NCBI RefSeq assembly: GCF_963921235.1
Contig: NC_086097.1
Span: 226,798,001-226,862,000 of the forward strand
DNA: 64,000 bases
Direction of reading: 5' to 3'
Source of the DNA: Mobula hypostoma
Taxonomy: Eukaryota
This document shows positions 47,356-59,409 of the stretch, one piece after another. Every line of letters starts with the position of its first letter. The stretch's first letter is position 1. The notes under the pieces were generated by a model that did not search any database, was not told the origin of the DNA, and saw only the letters and a list, made by a program, of their open reading frames with translations. A program made the position numbers and the translations under genes.

Positions 47356-50300
47356 TATGTCTTATGTACCTGGCCTATCTTTTACTTCTCCATCACCATA
47401 AAATGTCAACTTCAGCTCAGTGAAGAATGCAGAACAAAATGCCAAAAAATCAGCAAATATTACTGAGAATGTCATGCTAACCTGATGAAGCTACAGCACA
47501 GGATTTTATAAATGAGTAATTGTGAAAGTCATATGTTATACACACAACCAGGTGACTAATCTGAGCAGCTCTGTGAACTTAGCCATGAATGGAGATGGAC
47601 AGCTAATTCCCCAAGAGACAACAATTGTCACCATTTGAGTGCATACCCAGTTCTCCCTATCGTCTCCTACCTCTTAGTCAATAAGCAGACTAATAGGTTA
47701 TCTCCGTTTCCTTGGGTTTTATTTTTGTTGAGTCTCTTCTGTAACCAACAAGGCTCCAGCAGCATTCCAAATAAACTTAAGGCTTCAATCAAAATTCAGA
47801 GATATAGAAGGACATATTATTATAGAAGATTCAGGACATGATGCAACCTGGCAGGGAGTGTAGGTATTACGGTAGGTGGCTTCTTCCATTAATTTCCTCT
47901 ATTTTATTGCCAGTGGAATTGACAGAGTGCCATCCCTCCCCTCTGAGAGGCAGTCACAATTGCTATATAAGAGGCAAAATAGTGACCCTTAACACTGTTT
48001 CCCAAAAGCACCTTGCAGTGATCCACCATTTTAAGACTGGAGGAAGGATGAATTCTATGCTAAAAATTGACAAGGTTTTCTTCACCAATCAATTGATATT
48101 GCAGTAGCAAAATGGTTTTGATTTTGTCTCCAGTAGGATGGAGCATTTTGTAATGCCATTCGTAGTCTTCCTTATATTACTAAGTTTATAACTAGGGTTT
48201 ATTACACTAGCAGACTCATAGATAAAGATATTTATTCAGCACCCCCAGATACTGCAGTGATAAACAAGAACTTTTTGGTACATTTACTTTCTGACTGGAT
48301 AGTGCGTTAAATTTAGTGACATATGCTTACAGCCAAGCAAGTTGTATATACAGTTTAGAATTGCTGGCCTTTCAAACTCTTTGCAGTTTTGGAAATCATG
48401 AGTAATTTAACCTGCCTACATATGTTATTTGTGGAGCTCTGCCAGACATGCACTATCGCAAGTCATAATATTACCTTATGTTAGGCAATATGGTTACAGA
48501 TCCCACAAACCTGCCTGGGTCATAGGAGCACTGTAAAAATCAGACAATACACTGTAGCTACTAATTTAGTCAGTAAACTCTTGTTATCTTACCCAAATCA
48601 TAATGGTAATTTAAAACAGTTATTTGCTTTTCATTACTCTTTGACTGCTATGAATTAAGAAAGTGCATATGTTACACCTTTAGCAAAGTTCAATTAAAGT
48701 GATCTTTAACTACAAATAAAAATGCAGAAAACCCATACTGCATATATCTACAATCAAATGACAATACTTGAGAATAAAAAAAGTAGAGTTACTGTAGTTG
48801 TAGACTTAGCAGAAGAATTAATTTTTGTTGAAGCTGCCTTACACCACATCCCATACATTATCATTCAGCAAACCTGAAAGCTGCCAAAGACGGTTAGAAT
48901 TATAGAGACTCAAAGCATGGAAGCAGGTCCTTTGGTGCACTGAGCCAATGCCACCCATCAAACAGCCATTCACATTAATCCTATTTTCATGGGTAATCTG
49001 TTCAAGTGTTTTCAAATCATAGAGGGGAGGAACTGCTGAATTAACCTGACAATGCACTCCTGGAAAAAATAATCACAGCCCAATTGTGACAGATATGAAA
49101 GTTCCTTGTGTTGTGAATATTATTCTGCCTTACAAAAATGAGGTCACCCAGGCTGAAAGCTCTTGTTACTTCAGTGCTCTTCCAAGTGACAACAAGCCGT
49201 CATTTAACAAGAGAATTCTGAAAGTTTGCTCTGTCGTCAGGAAAGAAGTACAGGAGCCGTAGGTCCAACACCACAAAGTTTGGGAAAAGTTATTATCTTT
49301 CAACCATCAGGCTCCTGAATCAGCATGGATAACTCCACTCATCTCAACACTGAACAAATTCCACAACCCTGTGGATTCACTTTCAAAGACTCTGCAACTC
49401 ATGTTCTCAATATTATTTGTTTACTTTAAAAAAATTTTCACAGTTTGCCTTCTTTTTTCACATTGGTTGTTTATCAGTCTTTGTATATCATTTTTTAATT
49501 ATTCTATTGTATTTCTCAGTTCTACTGTTAACACTTGCAAGAAAATAAATCTGAAGGTGCATATGGTGACGTATAAATACTTTAATAATAAATTTACTTT
49601 GAACTTTGTACTGCTCAATAAAATCCTTTGAGCTTTAGAGAAGCAAATCTGTAATTCTTAATTGGTTTGATCTACATATGGTCATCATCCATTCCAATGA
49701 AAAGGGCCCTGCCTATTATAGTGTCTTACTTGCCACTATAATAGTCAGTGCCCACCTTATTGAAATGGTACTGTAACACTGTAATGGATTCCTCAACGAT
49801 CAAGGGAAAACGACTGCTCCCTTCTTATTACTTATTTCAACAAGTAAGTAATAAATACCAGCCTTGCAGACAATATCCTGCAAATTAAAAAATATAAAAT
49901 TTCATTTGGCACCAGCTCACCAACATGGAGATCACCATGAGTAATGCAAGGAAAGCTCAACTTCTCAAGGACTATTTAAGAGTTGCATCAAAAAGTCTTC
50001 ACTGCAACAAATTAACTATCATATGTTGAAGATAATTTAAAAAAAGGTGAAGCATCACCTTAAAAAAACATAATGAAATATTTCAAGAAAGGAACTAAAC
50101 TTTTGTATCAACATAACAACAGGTTTTGAACCTTGAGTGCAACTAAAATTGAATTCAAATAAAATATCAGTGATCCTAAAAAAGAACAAGGTGAAAAGGC
50201 TGTTCCACAATAAAAAAAAATCTGGCCACACGATCACAAACAAAAATGCAAAAGGAATTCAAGTGAGTAATGAATAAAGCAGTGGCATAAAAACAGTCAA

Positions 50301-53300
50301 AAGAACAACTAAGTTTCCTCGTAGAATGGATACCTATCAAAACCATGAGTGACAAATATCATGTTAACCATAACAGGTAACAAAACACAAATTTCTATAA
50401 AAATAAACTTAATTATCAATAACCTTGAATAGAGAGCACTGGGAATGTTAACGTTTATAGCTGATATGTGCATTTACACTGCTGTTAAACTCTTCTTCGT
50501 CTTTCGAAAGGGTGATGTATTGATATAACTTTGCCAAGCATAACCCATTCTTGTCTGTTCTGTCTGAACTGGGAATGTGCATGTGATTGACTACTGCACA
50601 GTGTTGGTTTAGAATGACTGAGCAAAAACAGCAATGGAAAAAAAATATTCTGGAGGTGCGATTTTGCCAACGATTCAACGAAAACAAGGTTTAACACCAA
50701 GATAGCGGAGTTACAGAGGGGGAAAAGAGAAATAGAGCATGTTTTAGAGAAAAGGAAAGCTTAATGTGTTATTTTATTGTTTGGCTATTTCATAAGGACC
50801 TATAGGCAGATAGCCCATAAAGAAAATGGATGAAATAAAAAGTGAAGAGAATAGACTAAGTAAAATATCAAGTACAGAGATAGGTAGATATTTCCCAAAG
50901 AAGGTTATTTACTGCTGATGTTTTCATAAATTTTCCTTAAAAAACTCATCTACATGTAAATGACAGCTCAACACAAGGAATTAAAATGAAAATTGAAAAC
51001 AAAAAGGAAAAAAAACATAGCTTGATAATTGGTTGGAAGTTTGGGCACCAGGATAGAGGAAACATTCTCAAGTTAATGGGATAATAACAAGTGTTGTGAT
51101 CAGAAATCTACAACTTGATCTGAATATGTTACTATTTTATAGGATGAAGGAGTACTGATCTACATATGTGAATTTGTAAATTAGCTGTATGAAAAACGCG
51201 ATAGGACATGGACAGATTTCACAACAAATAACATGGCAGACAACACAGCAAACAAAAGGTGCAATAAAATTTTAATTCATTATTTTAGATCGAAGAAATT
51301 TATATTGGATTTTTTTTAATTATGGAAAGATCAGAAACAATGGAGTTGCAAACAAGTATTGATGATCATGCATGCAAAAAATAAATATCTAGCCAGGATG
51401 TATAAGAGGAGCTAAAATGTAAATATGAAGTGTACAGAGCCTTGATTGGACCCTCGTCTGAATAGCTAGATTTAGTCTTCCGGCAACATATCTCAGGAGA
51501 AAAAAAAACATTAATCTCAGCTCCTGGATGGAAATATACAACACTGGGTTTCCAAGTAGGCAGAATGGACACTCATCTCAATATTCCGCTGACATCTGTT
51601 CCGTGTATAATGGTATTTCATATTGTGTTTTTCTAAATGAATTGTGGCAGAGAGAGCACAACATTAATTTTACATGTAAAATAAAACTGCACTTTTGTTC
51701 AGAAAGATATTACAGAACTGAGATAGAAGAGATTTTAGTCCCATAAAGCAAATTCCTGTTTACACAGCTGCAGGAGTGGTGGAAAGGAACAACAAACCAC
51801 TTGCAGTTGCGTGGAAAATTCCAGAAGCCATGCAATGTTTGTTTTTTCATTTAACCATTTTGTTATCAGCTCATTCTGAGTTAAAAAGAATAGAAACAAA
51901 CAGAATTGCTGGACATTTTTTGGTAGGAAATGTAATCTTTCAAATATAGGTAGTTTTGGATAAGATAGGGCTTTGTCAAATATTTTACACTCATTCTACC
52001 CATACACTTTCAATAGAGTTGAGTTGTGCATAACCAAATCGATCCTCAAGTGGTAGGCTAATTGAAAAACTCTTTCAAAGTGGCTCTTTACCTTTATTTT
52101 AGCATGATTTATATTTTTGGCCCCTGACAGCTGGATTTCCACAAATTTAGAAATTGAATGAGTAATAGAAGGTGAGACAGACATGTTCGCTATGGGTTTT
52201 GGGATAAGAGCACAGCCCAGCAACCTATTCAGTAAAGCCACCTCTGCAATCTCTGATTCCCTATTTTCACAGTAAGAAATCCATCTGCTGTCCTCTCCTC
52301 CCCCATCTTGGCAGCCTGCTCAAGGTCTCTCCTCATCTCCTATCTACCCCTCCTAGATCATGCTATAGTTTTTTCACACCTGTTTGAGAGCCAGGCTACC
52401 AATCAAACGGGGGGAAGCAGACAGAAGAAATCATTATCTATAGCACTGTACTTTCCCATGCTAAACATCTACTCTCCCATTTTGAGTAGTAATCTCACTG
52501 AATTTCAAGGCCTTGATATTACCCCAAATTCACTCCCTACAACAATGACTGCATATTTTAATTCCTCAAGTTCTTGGCTCACATCACACCAGTTATTTAG
52601 CAAATAAATGAATATCTTAAAATAGTGTGGACCTCACACCATACCAGGTAAATTATCAGCAATCTATCTGTGAGATTTCTCATAATTGAAGAGGAAAATT
52701 CTCTTAGTTTCATCAAGGGTGAAAAAAAATTCAACTTAGCTTTGGAATTTTACTACCTACAGTCAAATTTTTTGCTGGGTTGGTCTTGCTGGAAACAATA
52801 CTGTTGCTGGCAAAATTCTCGAGATGAATATGAATATTGGGTATTGATCATGTACCAGTTAGTTCCTCAATTGCCTTTATTGATTCTGCCTGCTACTTGT
52901 TCAGTAACATAGGCTACAATAGATCAGCTTCTAATGACTTTTACTGATCTTCATCACCTATATTCTACCTGGCAATAGGGTTAATAGTTGCCCTTTTGGG
53001 CTCTTATTCAGGTAATATTTTAAAAGGATAATTACTCGGAGTATGATTAATGGCAAGGTAAGTCATTGACAGATTTTTAGTCACTTCAGTATTTTAGGAG
53101 ATTTAAGGTTGTGTAGCATTTTTTTCTTAAACTTATAAAAATGGTGTTAACCAGCTGTGAGTTACACTACTGAAAACAAGGAGGTGAAATTTATGTTGTG
53201 TATATTTAAAAAACAAAACAATATATATTTGATATAGATTTTCAAAGATCTCTTAGGAAAATACAATGTGGTACTATTAAAGAGGAGAAAATTTTTTCCC

Positions 53301-55059
53301 AGTTCTATCTGGCATTGGCTTCCTCCAAGTCACTCTTGAGGAACCTCCACTATTCACTTTCTACTTCTGCATTAAACCAATAACACCTCAACTTCCAAAA
53401 GAGTTGACAACTCGTACTCTTTCATACTTCAAACTGTAACACAGTTCTGTTTACCCTTGCACAATTCTGCATAAGCATTAACTAAATGCTAGGATATTTC
53501 TGTTGTAAAAGTCACAACTCTCCTGAAATATTGCAGGTTCCATACCTACCCTAAGAACAACTCAATACCCATGAATTTTCTGAAGATCTTTCTCCATTGA
53601 TGGAATGTTTCACGGAATAATTTTAGGGGAGTTCTGATCGAAATAAAAATAGCAAGGCTTTGAACTATAAATTCACCCTTTTGCTATAACTCACTAATAG
53701 TTTGAAAAGTTCCCACTTTAATGAAAATTGTCATTCATGTTTTGATTCCCAATTTTAAACTACTCTTTTCTCCAGCTGAACATCACTTTATAATTGTGCT
53801 CTGTATTTATGTCATCCTTCCAAATTGTTAAAAAGATTTACCTCCAATTTTCCTTATTTATCCAAAGATTCCTAGAATGTTTGACTCACTTTCCTTCCTC
53901 AATAACTATCTAAATTAACATTCCAAGCTTTCTGAACTTAACAGTCTAATAAAAATTGCAACAAATTTCAAACCAGGACTTGAAGAAGGGGGCAGAACTG
54001 GGACAGAATGAGTTGAGATGTTTTTTGCTTCTTGTCAAAGTTCCTCTATTGAAACTATGACCAAAAAGCAAGAAGATCTCATGAAATTTATTCCACTGGC
54101 CGATATCTTGTGTCGTTGACTTCCTACTGTAGTTCCTTTAAAAGTATGAACATATTCTTACTTGAATAAATTAGAAACATATTTTGGCGCTGGAAGCAGA
54201 CACCCTGATGTTAGACCCTGCTTAAATCATCTGAAATGGCAAGTCACTCCAGTGCAGTAAAGTACACAGAATGTAGTAGACTTTTCCAGTAACTTTTTTT
54301 CTCTGCTTCTTGTATCTTTATGCTCGAGATACAAAAAGATTTAATAGGATGATTGTTAATTGTAAAGTTGGGTTTCCTGTGATGGTAAAGGCATCAGTGT
54401 AGACATAAATGCAATATACCTTCACCCTTACCATTATAGTTCTGTTAGTTATTGTCAACCAAAAAAAGTGTGCTTTACCTAGATGGAATAGACTTTTAAT
54501 TCTTGTGCGATAATAGGACAGCTTATGTTAGTTTTCAGAGAGCAGGAAGAAGGCGGCCTACAATTATTTAAAAATGTGAATGTGCATTCCTGAAGTGTCT
54601 GGAGACTAAGGCAAAGGCAGAACAGGAAACAGTTTTTTTGCCAAGCAGGTGCTTCCCATTTGACTACAACTGACCCAGAAGACAACTAAACAGGTGCCAT
54701 GATTTCTGAAAACACTGAACATTTCATGGGAAGGAGATGTTCTGATTATCAGGTTGTTATCTTTGGTGAACTAAATCAGATTATGAACTCAGCATCATAA
54801 TTTTCCCTGGTAGGCATTGTGGAAAGTGATTTGTATGAGCTACAAAAATTAAATAGAAATTTGTGAAGCTCATCTATGATATGCGAAATGTTGGTAATAC
54901 AAGAAGAACATTGAGAATGTAGAGAATTCTATGAACAGGTTCTGCTGAGAGAATGTTAATTCTTTACCAGGGATGAACCATAAAACAGCTTTGACCAGCG
55001 ACCAATCCGGACATCAGAAGTTCGAGAGCAGGGGATTTCACTTAGGTCCAATGATCGAG

Positions 55060-55650
55060 TAGAAAAAGCAGTCATCAGAGGACCAGAGGTGGAGATGGTC
55101 AGTAGCTTTAAATCTCTGGGTGTCACTATCTCGGAGGACTTGTCCTGGACCGAACATATCAATATTATTGCGAAGAAAAAGCACGACAGCACCTCAACGT
55201 CCTCGGGACTCTGCGGAGGTTCAGCACATCATTAAAAACCGTGGCAAACTTCTCCAGATTTGTGGTGGAAAGTGTGCTGACTGGCTGCAAAACAGCCTCA
55301 TAAGGAAACACCAATGCCTTAGAGTGGAAAATTCTACAAAAGGTAGTGGATTCGGCCCAGTACATCATGGATAATACCCTCCAACCACTGAGCACATCTA
55401 CATGAAATGTTGCTGTAGAAAAGCAGCATCAATCATCAAAGATCCTCACCACCCAAGTTATGCTCTTTTCTCACTGCTGCCATCGAGTAGAAGATACAGG
55501 TGCCTCAGGACTCACACCACCAGGTTCAGGAATAGTTACTACCCTTCAACCATTAGGCTCTTGAACAAAAGTGGGTAGCTACATTCATTTAAGGACTCTA
55601 TTATACTGTTAATTATTGCATTTGTACAGTTTGTTTACAGTTGTGCCTAG
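55060..55650 (+). mobile_element. Rex1/Babar LINE 3' fragment
   Basis: EVEMVSSFKSLGVTISEDLSWT motif; cacccaagttatgctcttttctcactgctgccatc...RFRNSYYP. Confidence 0.8.
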
Positions 55651-55865
55651 CCACGGACCCTTGGAATGCAGCTATGAATGGGTTAATGATTTAATTCAAT
55701 TCTGTCAGTTTTCCTCCTGTTCACAGTCCCCCTTGGCACACCAGTTCAGGCGCAGGGATACTCAATGCTTCCTCCCTCCTCCACCTTCCAATTAAACACG
55801 TGAATGAAAAACACAGGCTACCACTGTCTACATACCTTCCTTGCCTTGCACCTACTACCCACACC

Positions 55866-56881
55866 TGTCAACAATGCTGTTATCTACTTGCTGAATAGAG
55901 CCAACTCCCATTTGGATAAGCAGGGCAGCACTGTGAGGATCATGTTTCTTGATTTCTCAAGTGCCTTCAATACCATACAGACCTCATTGCTGGGGGAAAA
56001 GTTCCACTCAATACAGACTGGCACTTCCATTCCATCCTGGATAATGGACTACCTAACTGACAGACCACAGTTTGTGTAGCTTCAGAGCTGTGTGTCAGAG
56101 TTGGCTATAAGCAGCACTGGGGCCCCACAGAGGACTGTATTGGCTCCTCTCCTGTTTACCCTGTATACCTTGGACTTTAGATACAACACTGAGTCATGTC
56201 ATCTGTAGAAATTCTCTGACTCAGCAATAGTTGGGTGTATAAAGGGAGGATGTGAGGATGAATACAGGGTCCTGGTGGAAGACTTTGTCAAACGGTGAAA
56301 GCTGAATCATCTGCAGCTCAACATCAGTAAGACAAAGGAGATGGTGATGGACCTTAGGAAGACTAAGCCTGCTCTGCTCCCTGTTACTATTGATGGTGAG
56401 GACGTGGATGTGGTGAGGACCTACAAGTACCTGTAGGTGTAGCTGGATGACAGACTTGAGTGAAGCACCAACACAGGTGATGCCACCAGGCTCAATAAAC
56501 TGATTAGAAAGGCTGGCTCTGGAATAGGACTCAAACTAGACACTGGAGGCTGTGGTAGAACAAAGAAAATCCTGGCAATTCTGGACAACATTTCTCACCA
56601 TCTACATGCCACCTTGGCTGAATGGAGGAGCACTTTTAGTAATAGACTAAGACAACTGTGCTGCTCTAAAGAGCACTATATGAGTTTATTCTTGCCCTTG
56701 GCTGTTAGGCTCTATAATGAGGCAACCGAGAGCCAGGGAAGTACTGGGCCTCCTCCTGTTAGACTGTTGGTGGTAACTTATTTTTTATTCTTTCTACTTC
56801 TCTTCTAATATTTATAACTGTGCATTTGTGATGCTACTGTGACCCTAATTTCCTTTGAGATCAATAAAGTATTTATCTATC
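55866..56881 (+). mobile_element. Rex1/Babar LINE RT 3' fragment (second subfamily) with an (ATCT)n tail
   Basis: AVIYLLNRANSHLDKQGSTVRIMFLDFSSAFNTIQ; LQLNISKTKEMVMD; tail gatcaataaagtatttatctatc. Confidence 0.85.
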
Positions 56882-59253
56882 TGTCATGGTCCGGTCTGTG
56901 AAGTCCATATTCCGGTTCACGGTCCGGTCCATCAACGCTTGCTCCAGGTTTTCCTATCTACCCTGTTTCTGTTCTTGTTGAGCTAATTGAGGCAGCTGAT
57001 GCTCATTGGGGCTGGCTGCATAAATACCTTCAGAGACCAGGGCGTGGCAGCTGGATTGTTCTTGTCCTTACTCCTTGTATCCCTTCCTCTGCCTTCTGTT
57101 TCCTTGCCTGAAGCCGTGCCTTGTCTTGCCGGTAACTCTCACCTCACCTGAAGTTCTTGTCTCACCTTGCTTTGCCAGAAGCCTTGCCTTGTCTTGCCAG
57201 TAACTCTCGCCTCATCTCGCCTGCAGTCTTGTCCTGGAGCCAACCTGTATCTAGCTCCCTTCCTGTCCCTTGCCTCCACCCAGGTAAGCCAGGCCGTCTT
57301 GCCATTACCTGGGTTTGGTTCTGTCCCTTCCTGTCCCTTGCCTCTGTCGGGTGGTGATCTGCGCCCTGGCCAGGAGTACCGCGCCCTGCCCAGGAGGAGC
57401 CTGCCAAGCCTCGCCTCAAGTTCCCAGCCACCACCTTATAACAGAATGATCCAGCCAACCGTGGACCCAGCGACACAGACACTGTCATTTTCCTTTTGCC
57501 ACCCGGGGTTCCTTTCTGTTACATACCCTCCCACCCGCCGGGGTCGTCCATAGTTTGGATACCCTGTTTGAAAGCCAGGAGGCTCCCGTTGGGGGGTGGG
57601 GGGGTGGGGTACTGTCATGGTCCGGTCCGTGAAGTCCGTATTCGGGTTCAGGGTCCGGTCCATCGACCCTTGCTCCAGGTTTTCCTATCTACCCTGTTTC
57701 TGTTCTTGTTGAGCTCTAACTGAGGCAGCTGATGCTCATTGGGGCTGCCTGCCTGAATACCTTCAGAGACCCAAGCATGGCTGCTGGATTGTTCTTGTCC
57801 TTACTCCTTGTATTCCTTGCTCTGCCTTCTGTTTCCTCTCCTGAAGCCGTGCCTTGTCTTGCCGGTAACTCTCGCCTCGCCTGAAGTTCTTGTCTCGCCT
57901 TGCTTTGCCAGAAGCCTTGCCTTGTCTTGCCGGTAACTCTCGTCACGTCTCGCCTGCAGTCCTGTCCTGGAGCCACACTGTACCCAGCTCCCTTCCTATC
58001 CCTTGCCTCCGCCCAGGTAAGCCAGGCCATCTTGCCATTACCTGGGGTTGGTTCTGTCCCTTCCTGTCCCTTGCCTCTGCCCAGGTAAGCCAGGCCGTCT
58101 TGCCGTTACCTGGGGTTGGGTCTGTCCCTTACCTCTGTCAGGTGCTGATCCACGCCCTGCCCAGGTGATCCGCGCCCTGCCCAGGAGGAGCCTGCCAAGC
58201 CTCGCCTCAAGTCCCCAGCCTCCAGCCTTGCCTCGTCACGAGCCTTGCCTCAAGTCCCCAGCCTCCAGCCTCGCCTCAAGTCCCCAGCCTCCAGCCTCGC
58301 CTCGTCCCCTGCTTCCAGCCTCACCTCAAGTCCCCTGCCTCCAGCCTCACCTCAAGTCCCCTGCCTCCAGCCTCACCTCAAGTCCCCTGCCTCCAGCCTC
58401 GCCTCGTCCCCTGCCTCCAGCCTCGCCTCGTCCCCTGCCTCCAGCCTTGCCTCAAGTCTCCTGCCTCACCTTGCCTCGCCTCAAGTCTCCAGCCTCCAGC
58501 CTCGTCTCAAGTCTCCAGCCTCCAGCCTCGCCTCAGGTCTCCTGCCTCCAGCCTAGCCTCAGGTCTCCTGCCTCCAGCCTCACCTCGTCTCCTGCCTCCA
58601 GCCTTGCCTCAAGTCTCCTGCCTCACCTCGCCTTGCCTCAAGTCTCCAGCCTCCAGCCTCGCCTCAAGTCTCCAGCCTCCAGCCTCGCCTCAGGTCTCCT
58701 GCCTCCAGCCTCACCTCAAGTCTCCTGCCTCCAGCCTCACCTCAAGTCTCCTGCCTCCAGCCTCCAGTCTCAAGCTTCGCCTCGTCTCGTCTCCAGTGTC
58801 CTGACAAGCCTCAAGCCTGAAGACTCTAGCCTCTTGCCTAGCCTCTAGCCTCTTGCCAAGCCAAGTCTCTAGCCTCTAGCCCCAAGCATGAAGACTCTAC
58901 CTCTAGCCTCTTGCCAAGCCAAGTCCCTAGCCTCTAGCCAAGCCAAGTGTCTAGCCTCTAGCCTCTTGCCAAGCCTAGCCAAGTCCCTAGCCTCTAGCTT
59001 CAAGTCTGAAGATTCCAGCCTCGTTCTGCCTGCCTGCCAGCCAAGCCTCGTCCTTGCCTAGTTCTGGGGTCCGAGCCAGAGGCAAGACCCAGGTACTGGG
59101 TCCTTGTCCAGTCTCTGGCTTGGAATCCAAGCCCAGGCTCCTAGCTCTCTTGTCCAGTCCTGTTCCAGGTTCCTAGTTTTCCTGTCCATGTCCTTGCCAT
59201 CGCCCTGTCTGTGCCTTGCACTTGGGTCCATTCCCAGCCACTCCCTTATGACA
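56882..59253 (+). mobile_element. Non-coding TRIM-like LTR retroelement derived from a Tf1/sushi-type Gypsy
   Basis: TGTCAT...ATGACA termini; 5-bp TSD CTATC at 56877-56881 and 59254-59258; LTR1 56882-57443, 169-bp internal region 57444-57612, LTR2 57613-59253; PPT at 57591-57609. Confidence 0.9.
58196..59005. repeat. Compound C/T-rich minisatellite inside LTR2
   Basis: Units of about 23-26 bp (cctccagcctcRcctcaagtcYcctg) to about 58810, then ctagcctctagcctcttgccaagccaagt-type units. Confidence 0.9.
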
Positions 59254-59409
59254 CTATCCATCTGTTAATAGTTCCTGATGCTTACAGTTATTGTTCTATA
59301 AATTTGCTAAGTATGCCCGCAGAAAAAGAATCTCAGAATTGTACAAATGGTGACATGTGTGGAGTCTGATAGTATATTTTACTTTGACTTTGACCTCCAA
59401 GAAGAACGT

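Noticed and set aside
54475..54575. Minus-strand exon-like segment ending TAG|gtaaag
   Set aside because: Stop codons in all three frames
58048..58848. 266-aa Pro/Ser-rich ORF and overlapping ORFs
   Set aside because: Translation of a stop-poor minisatellite inside an LTR; no domain and no ATG start
58196..59005. Array of short repeats as a possible CRISPR array
   Set aside because: Head-to-tail degenerate units with no unique spacers, no cas genes, eukaryotic context
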